A stretch of 64,000 nt of DNA from a bacterium (lineage in GTDB: Bacteria > Hydrothermota > Tepidihabitantia > SM23-42 > JAOAFX01), in NCBI GenBank assembly GCA_036382775.1, contig DASVHD010000036.1:18657-82656 (forward strand). The letters are read 5' to 3'. A program made the position numbers and the translations under genes. Position 1 is the first letter of the stretch. The number at the start of each line of letters is the position of its first letter. The notes beneath the pieces are model-generated. The model was not told the DNA's origin. It worked only from the letters and a program-made list of their open reading frames with translations, and did no database searches. This document shows positions 9,490 to 19,346 of this stretch, in pieces.

Positions 9490-11496
9490 TCATTGCTTTT
9501 CGCGGTGGGCGAAATTGACCCTGTTGCCCCCCATCTGTTTTGCTTCGTAGCATGCCTGGTCAGCCAGATGTATCAACATCACGCTGTCTTTGCCGTCGAG
9601 AGGGAACGTGGAAATGCCGATGCTGAGAGTAACAGGAGGGTCGATGTCCTGGGCTAAGATCTTACCCCGCATGCGGTCTGCTGCCTCGAGCGCAAAAGTC
9701 GCCTCGGTCTCGGGTAGGATCGCCACGAATTCATCGCCTCCGTACCGGCACAGGAAGTCAACATCCCTGATCGATTCCTTCATTATCTGGCTGAGCTTGA
9801 TCAGGATCTTATCCCCGGCCAGGTGTCCGTACGCGTCGTTATAGGATTTAAAATTGTCAAAGTCAATCATCAGCACGGCGAAGGGCCGGCGGTACCGCTC
9901 GGCGCGTTTGATCTCAGCATCGATCAGGACCTCGAAGTTACGGCGGTTTGGCAGGGTGGTCAGGGGATCGGTCAGCGACAGCCTTCTTGCTTCTTCATAC
10001 AGCCGCGAGTTCTCGAGCGCGATCGCGATCTGCGCGCTGAGCGTGGAAAGCAGGTTGATGTCATCCTGGGTAAAACCGTCGAATACCGGGCTTTCGACAT
10101 CGAGCACGCCGACCAGCCGTTCGCCGATCATCAGCGGTAAGCAGACCTCGCTCTTCGCTTCCTTGACCCCCACGACATAATGCGGCTCCTTGGTCACATC
10201 CGGGGCGTAATGCATCTGCCGTGTCGCGGCCACATGCCCGGTGACCCCGACTTCGCCGATCTTGATCTTCATGTTCTTTACCGCTTCGGGATAGTTGATG
10301 TATGACCTCAGCTTAAGTTCCTGGTTCTCCTCATCGACCAGGAAGACCGCCAGGTTCAAATATCCGAAAAGATTGACCAGCCGTCGCAAGATATTGTTAA
10401 GCAGCTGGTCAAAATCCAGCGTGGAAATAAAGCTCTGCCCCACTTCATACAAGATCGCCATGTCCATGGCTTCACGGCTGATGCGCCGGTACAGGGAAGT
10501 GTTGTCGAGCGCGATCGCGGCCTGGCTGCAAAGCATGGAAAGATAATCGACCTCGTTGCGCGAGAATTCATGACGCTGGGTCGACTCCACGTACAGTATC
10601 CCGATTAGTTTCTCGCGGGCGATCAGCGGAAAGCCCGCGATCGACGCCCGCTGCTTCATGATCGATACGGGATTGGCGATATCATGTTCTTTGATATCGT
10701 TCATGATGACCGGCCGGCGCGTCCGGATCAACTCGCCGGACATGCCCTCGGAAAGCCGCGTCGGCGACACGTACTGCTGGTGCGTGAACTTGCCGTTGGC
10801 ATATTCAAATGCATCGGTGATTTTTTTGCTCATCTCATCGACCAGGATCAGAGTGCCGCTGTCGACCCTGGTGATGGCGACCGCGGTGGACAAGAACACT
10901 TCCACGATCTTTTCGACCTCAAATGATGACGTCAGCAGGATGCCGATCTCCTCAAGACCCGTGACGATCTGGCTTTTCTCTTCGGTCTCGCCCAGCAATT
11001 TGATGTGCTCGATCGCCAGGGCCGACAGCTTCGTGAAAAAATCAAGGCTTTCCTCATCCTGGAATTTTTCCTGCGGCGTGCGATAGTAGATGTTCAGACA
11101 TCCGATCGCCTCGCTCTTTAATATCAGCGGCGCGCAGACCAGCGACACCAGCCCCTCTTTCTCGATCCAGTCGACGGTGAAGTGATTTCCAATATTCTCA
11201 AATATCGACATAACATTGGGTACGAACCTAAATTTTTTCTTCTGGCATACGACCCCGGCGATCTCTTCGTCCTTGCGCACGCGCACGGCCTTAAGGTACT
11301 CGGGCGACAGATTGAAGGAACGAGCGATCGTCAGGTATTCGCGGTTTGAATCGAAGAGCATGATCGAAGACGCGGAGGCATTGAAGAACGAACAGGACGT
11401 CCTGGTGATCGTGTCCAGGACGCTGTCCAGCGTCTTGTTCTCAAGCAGCGCTTCGGCGATTTCGGCAAAACTTTTTGACCATTCGTGTGCGAACAT
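9490..11496 (-). CDS. diguanylate cyclase with three GAF domains
   Basis: Three GAF-like repeats (PL...IG.L), TDPLTTLPNRR, intact RYGGDEF, RDVD I-site. Confidence 0.92.
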   Translation of the reverse strand: MFAHEWSKSFAEIAEALLENKTLDSVLDTITRTSCSFFNASASSIMLFDSNREYLTIARSFNLSPEYLKAVRVRKDEEIAGVVCQKKKFRFVPNVMSIFENIGNHFTVDWIEKEGLVSLVCAPLILKSEAIGCLNIYYRTPQEKFQDEESLDFFTKLSALAIEHIKLLGETEEKSQIVTGLEEIGILLTSSFEVEKIVEVFLSTAVAITRVDSGTLILVDEMSKKITDAFEYANGKFTHQQYVSPTRLSEGMSGELIRTRRPVIMNDIKEHDIANPVSIMKQRASIAGFPLIAREKLIGILYVESTQRHEFSRNEVDYLSMLCSQAAIALDNTSLYRRISREAMDMAILYEVGQSFISTLDFDQLLNNILRRLVNLFGYLNLAVFLVDEENQELKLRSYINYPEAVKNMKIKIGEVGVTGHVAATRQMHYAPDVTKEPHYVVGVKEAKSEVCLPLMIGERLVGVLDVESPVFDGFTQDDINLLSTLSAQIAIALENSRLYEEARRLSLTDPLTTLPNRRNFEVLIDAEIKRAERYRRPFAVLMIDFDNFKSYNDAYGHLAGDKILIKLSQIMKESIRDVDFLCRYGGDEFVAILPETEATFALEAADRMRGKILAQDIDPPVTLSIGISTFPLDGKDSVMLIHLADQACYEAKQMGGNRVNFAHREKQ

Positions 11497-11505
11497 TATA
11501 TGAAT

Positions 11506-11533
11506 ATTATAACAATGCTGGTTTTAATGTCAA
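11506..11533 (-). promoter_or_regulatory. sigma70-type promoter TTGACA-N16-TATAAT for the GGDEF gene, near-leaderless
   Basis: Perfect hexamers, 9 nt before ATG 11496, no SD. Confidence 0.7.
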
Positions 11534-13038
11534 GATACCCGGTCGCTCCGCGCTGGCGGGCCGTTCTTTTTGAAAGGCGCCACAATGCTCGCAAGCAGCA
11601 ACGCGGTCGCGATGATCAGCGAACCGACCGGCAGCAGGTCGCCGACGGTATTATATACGGTTTTTGAATGATCCGGATATATCTCCCGCACCAGAATGTC
11701 CTCTTTAAAGAGACCGCACGTGCCGAGGATCCGGCCATATTCGTCGGTCACCATTGATATACCCGTGTTGGCGCAACGGACCAGGGGGACACCGTTCTCA
11801 ACGGCTCTCAGGATCGCCATGTCATTATGCTGCTGGGACCCCGAGATACGGCCGAACCAGCCATCATTAGTGATGTTGACCAAAAAATGAGCGCCCTCTC
11901 TGACAAACCGGCGCGACAGCTCGGGGAATATCGATTCGAAACAGATAAGACACGAGAAAGCGGCGTTTTTTAACCGGAACACCGTAAAATCAGATCCCGG
12001 GTCGTAATCGCCTTCGCCCAGGTCGACTTTTCTGAACAAGGGCACGTACCGGTCGTAAGGGATATGTTCGCCGAACGGCACCAGGTGCACCTTTCTGTAT
12101 TCCTGCCGCAGCACCGAACCCGGTTCCATCAGCACGGCGCCGTTATAGATATTCTTGTGGTTCTGGTCGTAAATCGGCGTGCCGCTCAGCAGCGGCGTCT
12201 GCACCGAATCGACGAACGCAAAGACTTTTTTCTGAAACACGTTGGCCGATTTAAGGAAAATCGGCGTTGCACTCTCCGGCCAGATTATGATATCGCAGGG
12301 AGCACGGTATTGAACCCGAGCGTATTCAACGCACCGGGCTGACAGGTCCAGCAGGCGGTTGAAGGTCTGATCCCTTAGCTCGCGGGTGAATTTCAAATTG
12401 GGATCGATATTGGGCTGCACAATGCCCACCACCAGCCGGTGTCCGCCGGCTTGGCTTTTCATACGGAAGGCGCCGTACACGACCGGCGCGCAGAAGATCA
12501 ATATTGCCGCGATGGCGTACTGCCACTTTCTCGCGCGCAGCAGTTTGTATACCGCCACGTTCAGCAGCACGAGCCATAGGGATAACCCATACAGGCCATA
12601 TACCGAAGCCTGCTGGATAACGAGAGGGTAATGCGTCTGGCTATATCCAAGGGAAAGCCACGGGAACCCGATTTCACCGATACCCTTGACCAGCTCCAGC
12701 CCCGAAATGAACAGCGGCAGGCACCAGAGGCTGGTCTGCACGCTGGCCGCGAAGCTGACCGCGAAAAAAAGGCCGTGATAAAGGAAGAGCAGGACCACGC
12801 CGAAGATCATGATTAGCTTTACCGTGGCCGGGATCTGCAGGAAGATTATCCAGAACAGCGAGAACAGCGCGAAGCAAGAGCCGAATGCAAGCCCGATGGC
12901 GAACGCACGCCTCGGCGTTGCCCGGTCAATGACGAACAGGACCGGCACCAGGCCAACCCACGCCAGGAAATGCAGCGGCAAAGGATGGAACGAAAGGGAT
13001 AGGAGCAATGCGGAAAGAAGGACGAGAAAGACGGTCAA
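11530..13038 (-). CDS. lnt: apolipoprotein N-acyltransferase
   Basis: GFPWLSLGYSQ, VQPNI, WPESA, KVHLVPFGE, ICFESIFP, ITNDGWFG, RAVENG. Confidence 0.95.
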   Translation of the reverse strand: MTVFLVLLSALLLSLSFHPLPLHFLAWVGLVPVLFVIDRATPRRAFAIGLAFGSCFALFSLFWIIFLQIPATVKLIMIFGVVLLFLYHGLFFAVSFAASVQTSLWCLPLFISGLELVKGIGEIGFPWLSLGYSQTHYPLVIQQASVYGLYGLSLWLVLLNVAVYKLLRARKWQYAIAAILIFCAPVVYGAFRMKSQAGGHRLVVGIVQPNIDPNLKFTRELRDQTFNRLLDLSARCVEYARVQYRAPCDIIIWPESATPIFLKSANVFQKKVFAFVDSVQTPLLSGTPIYDQNHKNIYNGAVLMEPGSVLRQEYRKVHLVPFGEHIPYDRYVPLFRKVDLGEGDYDPGSDFTVFRLKNAAFSCLICFESIFPELSRRFVREGAHFLVNITNDGWFGRISGSQQHNDMAILRAVENGVPLVRCANTGISMVTDEYGRILGTCGLFKEDILVREIYPDHSKTVYNTVGDLLPVGSLIIATALLLASIVAPFKKNGPPARSDRVS

Positions 13039-13067
13039 ATTAACGGTGATTCAAGGAATAGCGGTTC

Positions 13068-14075
13068 TTAAATCTTGACGAGCTTCTGCTTCTTGGCTGA
13101 CTCATAAAAGGCATCGGTTATCTTCGCGATCATCAGGCCTTCTTCGCAGCCGAAAGGCATTTTAGCGTTCTTCAGCAGCGAATCAATGAAGAACTGCGTC
13201 TGCAGTTCATAGCTGACGCGGTAGATGTTCTTCTGCGGGAAAGTGGGCGTGACATTGACCAGCTCATTGTGCAACTCTTTCTGGATCTTCAGGGGGTTGA
13301 GCAGTGCAGCGCCCTTTTTACCGAAAGCATTGCAGTAGAGAAAATCCTTTTCGAAGATCAATGACCAGCTGACCTCGATGGTCAGCAGCGTGCCGTCGTC
13401 ATAATTGATGATGCACATCGCGGTGTCCTCGACCGCGGCATCGATCTCCTTCTTGTGCGTCGAGGCGAAGATCGTCGACATGCTTTTATCTTCCAGCAAA
13501 TAGGTGGTAATATCGAGGAGCGCAGATCCCAGGCTCAAAAAAGCGCCGCCGCCGCTTTTCAGCTGGTCCTGGCGCCACGGGTGAAGTATCCATTCACTCG
13601 CGCCGATCAGCCAGCCCGCCTTGAGATAGTAGATATCCCCAAGCTCACCTTCCTCAATGAACTTCTTCAGCGTCTGGACGTCCGGACGCAGGCGGTTGTT
13701 CATGGCGACCGCCAGTTTCCGTTTTTCCTTGCGCGCGACGCGGACCATTTCCTGGGCATCCTTGTAAGTCGTCGCCATGGGCATCTCGACGAGCACATCC
13801 TTCCCGAATTCCATCGCTGCGATGGCCATCGGTGCGTGAAGGAAGTTCGGCGTGGCGATGACAATGGCGTCCAGCTGGTCGTTCTGGATCATCTCCTGGA
13901 AATCCTGGTAGCGGCTCGGGATATTGTATTTGGCGCCCAAATGGTCGATCTTTCGTATATCCGTGTCGCAGAGCGCCATCAAGTTGCACTGGGGGTTGGA
14001 CCGGAACACGGGGAAATGCACGATCTGGGCATGAGCGCCGCAGCCTGCGATCCCGATGTTAAGCGTGTTCTTCAT
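13068..14075 (-). CDS. Gfo/Idh/MocA family oxidoreductase
   Basis: IGIAGCG, IATPNFLH, GKDVLVEMPMA, GELGDIY, SGGGAF. Confidence 0.9.
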   Translation of the reverse strand: MKNTLNIGIAGCGAHAQIVHFPVFRSNPQCNLMALCDTDIRKIDHLGAKYNIPSRYQDFQEMIQNDQLDAIVIATPNFLHAPMAIAAMEFGKDVLVEMPMATTYKDAQEMVRVARKEKRKLAVAMNNRLRPDVQTLKKFIEEGELGDIYYLKAGWLIGASEWILHPWRQDQLKSGGGAFLSLGSALLDITTYLLEDKSMSTIFASTHKKEIDAAVEDTAMCIINYDDGTLLTIEVSWSLIFEKDFLYCNAFGKKGAALLNPLKIQKELHNELVNVTPTFPQKNIYRVSYELQTQFFIDSLLKNAKMPFGCEEGLMIAKITDAFYESAKKQKLVKI

Positions 14076-14085
14076 TAACGGGCGT

Positions 14086-15447
14086 TCAGACCCCTAAATA
14101 AAGCGTGAATTCATAGGGATGGGGACGGATATGGATCTCTTCGAACTCTTTTGTTTTCACTTCGATCCAGCGCTCGATCAGATCGCTGTTGAAAACATCG
14201 CCCTGGAGCAGAAAACTATTGTCCTTTTTCAGAGCGTTGATCGCCTCATAGGAGTTGGTCGGCAGTTTCTCCTTCCGGTCCGGATGCAGGTCGTTCTTTA
14301 TACCGTCGATCCCGGCAAGGAGGATCGCCGCGAGGGCAAGGTACGGATTGGCTGTGGCGTCGGGGATACGGTATTCAATGTCCATCATCTGCGTGTTTTT
14401 AAGGTATCCCGGCACGCGGATCGCGGACACCCGGCTGCCCATGGCAAAATCAGTGTAGGTCGGCGCCTCAAACCCAGGGATCAAGCGTTTATAAGAATTG
14501 GTGCTGGGGTTGGTAAAAGCGCACAGTGCTCTGGAGTGACTCAGGATGCCGCCGATATACCGGAGGCTGAGTTCGCTCAAGTTATACTTTTTGTTGCGGC
14601 CAAAGAACAACGACCTGGTGGGTGTCCCAAGGTACTGGTGCAGGTGCAGGCCATTGCCCGGTTCACCCAGCAGCGGCTTGGGCATGAACGTTATCCACTT
14701 ATTATTCCTCTGCCCGATCGATTTGATCAGGTACTTGGCAAGGAATATGCTATCCGCGGCCTTGACCAGCGGTTCGAACAACAGTTCGATCTCCATCTGG
14801 CCCTTGGGTCCTACCTCATGATGATGGTATTTGGACTTGATATCGCACGCGGCCAGGACCTCCACGATCGCGTTGCGCAGGTCCGAGTACCGGTCTTCAG
14901 GCGGTCCGATATGGTAACCACCGCGGTGCCGGATCGGGTAGGTCGGCACCAGCTGTTCGCGATCGCCGGACTCGAGCCGGAAATAAGCAAAACCAGGCCC
15001 CTCGCCATGATTGCATTTTTCAAAAAGATAGAATTCCAGTTCAGGCTGGAAAAAAGCTTCGGTGCTCAGTTCTTTTTTCAAAAATCGAGCGGCTTTATGA
15101 GCAATCGAGCGCGCGTCGCGCTCGAACGGCTCCAGGGTGGAGGGCACATGGACGCTGCACAGAAAAGAAATAGTCTTTTGTTCGAAAAAGGGGTCAAAAA
15201 AGCCGGTCGCGAGGTCAGGGAAAAGCAGCATGTCGCCCTTCTCCACGCCCTTGTAACCGGGGAGGCTCGACCCGTCGACGCCCACGCCGTCCGATGCGAC
15301 CTCATCAAAACGCTCAAAGGGGACAATTATGTGATGGAGCGTGCCGATCAGGGACGCGTATTTAAGATCGACGTATTTCACCCGCATGACCGCGAGTTTT
15401 TTCTTCAGTTTATTGATCTGCGCGTGAGATATTACTATCCGTGCCAT
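14086..15447 (-). CDS. glnA: glutamine synthetase type I
   Basis: DGSSL, PELEFYLF, HHHEVG..GQ.EI, TFMPKP, NGLHLHQ, NSYKRLIPGFEAP, IEYR.PD..ANPYL. Confidence 0.92.
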   Translation of the reverse strand: MARIVISHAQINKLKKKLAVMRVKYVDLKYASLIGTLHHIIVPFERFDEVASDGVGVDGSSLPGYKGVEKGDMLLFPDLATGFFDPFFEQKTISFLCSVHVPSTLEPFERDARSIAHKAARFLKKELSTEAFFQPELEFYLFEKCNHGEGPGFAYFRLESGDREQLVPTYPIRHRGGYHIGPPEDRYSDLRNAIVEVLAACDIKSKYHHHEVGPKGQMEIELLFEPLVKAADSIFLAKYLIKSIGQRNNKWITFMPKPLLGEPGNGLHLHQYLGTPTRSLFFGRNKKYNLSELSLRYIGGILSHSRALCAFTNPSTNSYKRLIPGFEAPTYTDFAMGSRVSAIRVPGYLKNTQMMDIEYRIPDATANPYLALAAILLAGIDGIKNDLHPDRKEKLPTNSYEAINALKKDNSFLLQGDVFNSDLIERWIEVKTKEFEEIHIRPHPYEFTLYLGV

Positions 15448-15454
15448 CCGAGGT

Positions 15455-15482
15455 ATTATAGGCGAAAAAATGCGCTTGTCAA
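15455..15482 (-). promoter_or_regulatory. sigma70-type promoter TTGACA-N16-TATAAT; probable leaderless glnA mRNA
   Basis: Perfect hexamers, only 7 nt before ATG 15447, no SD. Confidence 0.75.
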
Positions 15483-15498
15483 TCTCTGTGTATTGCGG

Positions 15499-18444
15499 TT
15501 ATTTCAGCAATATGATCTTGTGTATACTACAGCGTTTTGTTGTTTCAAAACGCAGAAAATAGATGCCAGAAGATATGCCTTTCAAATCTAATCGATAATC
15601 TTTTACGCCCGGTTCCGCTTCAATCTTGAATTTCCTTATAATAACCCTGCCCACGACATCATATAATATAACGGCTACTTTTCCCTTTTCAGAAGCAGTG
15701 ACCCTTAAATTCATTGAGGTTCTTGCCGGATTGGGGAATACTTCAAACCTCTGTTCCCGAGGATGCGAAGCGAGTTTGTATTCAGCGATTCCTACACTCC
15801 TCCCGAAAAAGTGCATTATCGAATCGAGCAATGCAGATCTTGTCGATGGCGGGGTACTGTCGACCAGAAATCCCAATTCAAATGAGGATCCAATTGTTTG
15901 ATATGGCCCTGCATCATAAGCAATACCGCAATTGAAATTATCATTACTATCAAGGAATAATACAAACCCGCCTCCACTATCAGGACCCAGATGATCCATG
16001 TATTGATTCTCGCCCGCATACTCGAAATCCATATCGCTTGCGAACGATCCGGCCTGCCCCTGGATGGGTCCCATATTATTGTTGCCGTCGGCCATTGCCA
16101 GCAGATCGAATAAAGGACTGAAATCAAAACCGTTATTATAATGAGGATCATAGTACCAGACATCACCGCCTTCAAGATATGCGCACCCGCCGTATATAAT
16201 GAAATCAGACAGGGCGCTGGCTTGTGGACTGCCGTTTAATATGATATGATTATTGGGATAGACGCCGCAACATACAAAGATCGACTTGTATTTATTCAAA
16301 TCTTGAGGCAGCGTCGAATCATGATCGCCGATATATCCAAGGTCTTGCAGGATAAGATGAATATTCTCGCCTGAAGCCGGAGTATGGTCCGGGTTCCAGA
16401 TAAAGTAATCGCCCTTGCCGACCAGTATGGAAAAATCTAAAGTATCGTTGCAGTAACCTGCGCTGACGTTCATTTGCATGTCAACATATGTCATGGGTGG
16501 CGTACCGGGATCTGAACATAATATAAATAGATCGGATCCGTTGCACGCACTGCTGTCCGGTCCGATATGGTCGAATGATCCGGAAGAATCTATCACATCG
16601 ATATATGGAGAAAGCGAACGCAAACATGCTGTGACGCTGTCGATCGCCGCTGATCCTTGATTTTTTATCGTGACCATACAGGATACTGTCTCGCCGCATT
16701 CGAAGGAATTATTTCCGTTACCGCCAGCGATGGTCGCATATTGATATACTAAATCGGCTGCATGAACCTGCTTTTCAAAATAAGAACTCCAGGTGTTGTT
16801 ATTCGTGTCACGACAGATCAGTGTACAATTGATAATATGACAATCCGGGCAATCGGGCAAAATATTGAACCGGTAACCGCTATCGCCGGTGCATGCCGAA
16901 TCAAACGCGGCGATATCGCCAAATGCTCTCACCGAATCGTAAGGAGCAATGAATTCATCATTGGTCCGTAAACAACCGACAGTATTAATGCTACTGCTGT
17001 CACCAAAGTTTTCAACCCACGTCGGCAGGTTGATATCCTCACCCGGATTGATAATGTGGTCGTGATTGCCGCCGAGTGAATCATCAATAAATGATTTCTT
17101 ATAGATGACGTATGAACCAACTGCATGTTTAACAATCATAAAACCTTCATAGGGTTGAAGGTTCTCACCGGTCACAGTGATGTATATAGTATCGCGCAAT
17201 ATATGAGGATAAATGTCAAACCGTATAAACCCTGCCATATCGGTGCTGTCCAGGTAATATATTGCACTGTCAAGACCACCTGTCAAACAAACACAAGCAT
17301 CGCTAATCGGCGTCAGGTCGGCAGCTCTTTTTATGAAGACGGGAACCGAGGCATAAGCATATGTGACCGATTCAGGATACTGCACTATAATGGAACACGG
17401 CGTGGCGGTCCACAAATTCATCTCCGGATCTCCGATCGTTGTAAAGCCTAAATATTCAGCGGCATTCAACGGATATACCCTTTTGCGTGCCTTTTCGCAG
17501 CATTCCCCAAAAGTGCTTTTTTGATCGACAAACAATGCATCAAAAAATCCTTTGGTCAAAGCACTCCGATAATAAGCCGTTGAACCGGTCGAAGTGGCAA
17601 AATAACCTGCTGCCCCTCTCAAATTTGCAGGTGAACCGGTTAAAAACCATTTTTCCGCCATCGCAGGAGTTGCGCTCGTACCTAATGTAAAGCATGTCAT
17701 CGAGAGCACGATCGGCAACCTAGTTCCGTTTGCTGTCAGGTCTGCGTTAACATTGAAAGGTTCATACCAGTTATTCGTCGCCGATCCCCGGTAAACGACG
17801 ATAGACCTTCCGGCATTCACCGCATTGATAACGGAATCGTCATTATCACCATGAGTGTTTATAAAAGTATCGATCACGCTAAAACCGCTTTGTATCATTA
17901 ACGCCGCCATGTGTGCAATATCTGACCAATATATGGAATCAGACTGGCTGCCATCCATTCTGCTGATTAAAGATGCTTTGTTAAACCATGAAGTGTCCAT
18001 ACGGTTCGGTCTTTCTTCATAAGCAAGGATCTTATTGATAACCGTTTGGGCTTCCGTAGTATTATGAACGGTCAGCCGTCCTGACAGTATGTCATTGAAT
18101 ATTGTGCCGATAGTATTGGTGTAATAATTATCCGAATGCACGTCGGCAACTATCGGAAACGGCAGATAGTTGGGCGCACCAACGAGCAAAAGGTATTCCG
18201 GCTTTACTTGCCACGTATTATAGGCATCTGCAACATAGCTTTTTATCGCTGTTGAGTCGGCACCGATCTCAGACAATTTAACGATCTTTGATCTCATTCC
18301 TTTTCGATACTTCCATTGTGCCAGCGCGATCACTTGATTATAGTACGCATCATTGGTAATGATCAAATACCTGGCACCGAGATCCTGACCGTAGGACACA
18401 GTAAATAACATGATAAATATCATTAACTTATATATCATATACAC
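15499..18444 (-). CDS. second C25 (gingipain-like) protein, no propeptide, with T9SS-type CTD
   Basis: YLIIT, YLLLVG, SDNYY, SGRL, YRGS (no His) and SMTC, IGDPEM, FPNP...YDVVGR..SGIYF...KIILLK. Visibly more AT-rich than its neighbours; start codon uncertain. Confidence 0.85.
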   Translation of the reverse strand: MYMIYKLMIFIMLFTVSYGQDLGARYLIITNDAYYNQVIALAQWKYRKGMRSKIVKLSEIGADSTAIKSYVADAYNTWQVKPEYLLLVGAPNYLPFPIVADVHSDNYYTNTIGTIFNDILSGRLTVHNTTEAQTVINKILAYEERPNRMDTSWFNKASLISRMDGSQSDSIYWSDIAHMAALMIQSGFSVIDTFINTHGDNDDSVINAVNAGRSIVVYRGSATNNWYEPFNVNADLTANGTRLPIVLSMTCFTLGTSATPAMAEKWFLTGSPANLRGAAGYFATSTGSTAYYRSALTKGFFDALFVDQKSTFGECCEKARKRVYPLNAAEYLGFTTIGDPEMNLWTATPCSIIVQYPESVTYAYASVPVFIKRAADLTPISDACVCLTGGLDSAIYYLDSTDMAGFIRFDIYPHILRDTIYITVTGENLQPYEGFMIVKHAVGSYVIYKKSFIDDSLGGNHDHIINPGEDINLPTWVENFGDSSSINTVGCLRTNDEFIAPYDSVRAFGDIAAFDSACTGDSGYRFNILPDCPDCHIINCTLICRDTNNNTWSSYFEKQVHAADLVYQYATIAGGNGNNSFECGETVSCMVTIKNQGSAAIDSVTACLRSLSPYIDVIDSSGSFDHIGPDSSACNGSDLFILCSDPGTPPMTYVDMQMNVSAGYCNDTLDFSILVGKGDYFIWNPDHTPASGENIHLILQDLGYIGDHDSTLPQDLNKYKSIFVCCGVYPNNHIILNGSPQASALSDFIIYGGCAYLEGGDVWYYDPHYNNGFDFSPLFDLLAMADGNNNMGPIQGQAGSFASDMDFEYAGENQYMDHLGPDSGGGFVLFLDSNDNFNCGIAYDAGPYQTIGSSFELGFLVDSTPPSTRSALLDSIMHFFGRSVGIAEYKLASHPREQRFEVFPNPARTSMNLRVTASEKGKVAVILYDVVGRVIIRKFKIEAEPGVKDYRLDLKGISSGIYFLRFETTKRCSIHKIILLK

Positions 18445-18589
18445 CGAGTTTCAGTTAATTATAAGGTCATTGATTATAATTGTCAAGGGCCAGGCGTCAT
18501 ATTTACCAGCGTTGGGCACCTTGACAATTTACATTCGAAATGACCCTGTGAAATGTTACCTTCAGGGTGTATAAAGTGGCGTGAACAAC

Positions 18590-19300
18590 TTATGGTTTGC
18601 GGCTGGACCGCAGGGATATCCGCGCGGCCAGGATGCTCAGTTCGAACAAAATGATGAGCGGTACCGAAATGATGAGCAGGGTGAACATGTCTGCGGTCGG
18701 CGTAATGACCGCGCAGATGATCAGGATCGCGACGATCGCCTCAGCCCGGTGCTTCGTGACCGTCGCTATTCGAACGATATCAAGCCTGATCAAAGTGAAG
18801 ACCAAAAGCGGCAATTGGAACATGATCCCGCATCCGAGCAGGCACCACAGCACGAAGGACAGGACCCCGCTGATGTTCATGATCGGCTTTAAGTTTTCCG
18901 AGCCGAACGAAAGCAGGAACCGCAACCCGAACGGAATAAGGATAAAATAAGCGAAGGTAACGCCGATCAGGAACAAAAGGATCCCGGATATGATATAACC
19001 CATGGAAACCTTCTGCTCTTTTTCGGTCAGGCCCGGTCCGATGAACAGCCAGGTCTGGACAATAATGAACGGGAAGGCGGCGAAGATCCCGAGGAACAAC
19101 GCAACCTTAACCTGCGCCGTGAACGCCTCGGTGGGAGAGAAAAAGTACGCGCTCCCGACATTGACGCGCTGGATTATGAAATCAAGCACGGGTTTCGCCA
19201 CGAAAAACCCGGCAACGGCAAAAATTCCGGCGACCGCGATCGAGTACAGGATCCGTTTGCGCAGTTCCTCAAGGTGGTCGATGAATGAGGCTTTGTTCAT
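18590..19300 (-). CDS. tatC: twin-arginine translocase subunit TatC
   Basis: SFIDHLEELRKR, SPTEAF, QTWLFIGPGL, FQLPL, AVITPTAD, LFELSI. Confidence 0.95.
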   Translation of the reverse strand: MNKASFIDHLEELRKRILYSIAVAGIFAVAGFFVAKPVLDFIIQRVNVGSAYFFSPTEAFTAQVKVALFLGIFAAFPFIIVQTWLFIGPGLTEKEQKVSMGYIISGILLFLIGVTFAYFILIPFGLRFLLSFGSENLKPIMNISGVLSFVLWCLLGCGIMFQLPLLVFTLIRLDIVRIATVTKHRAEAIVAILIICAVITPTADMFTLLIISVPLIILFELSILAARISLRSSRKP

Positions 19301-19346
19301 TACAGGATCATGGTGCCGCTGCGATCGGCCTGCCCGGTCAGGATCC

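Noticed and set aside
14119-15591. 490-aa plus-strand ORF and other long antisense ORFs (2823-3842, 8154-9023, 26038-26973, 28991-30049, 57859-58767, 58939-59925)
   Set aside because: Shadow frames opposite well-supported genes, with no motifs of their own.
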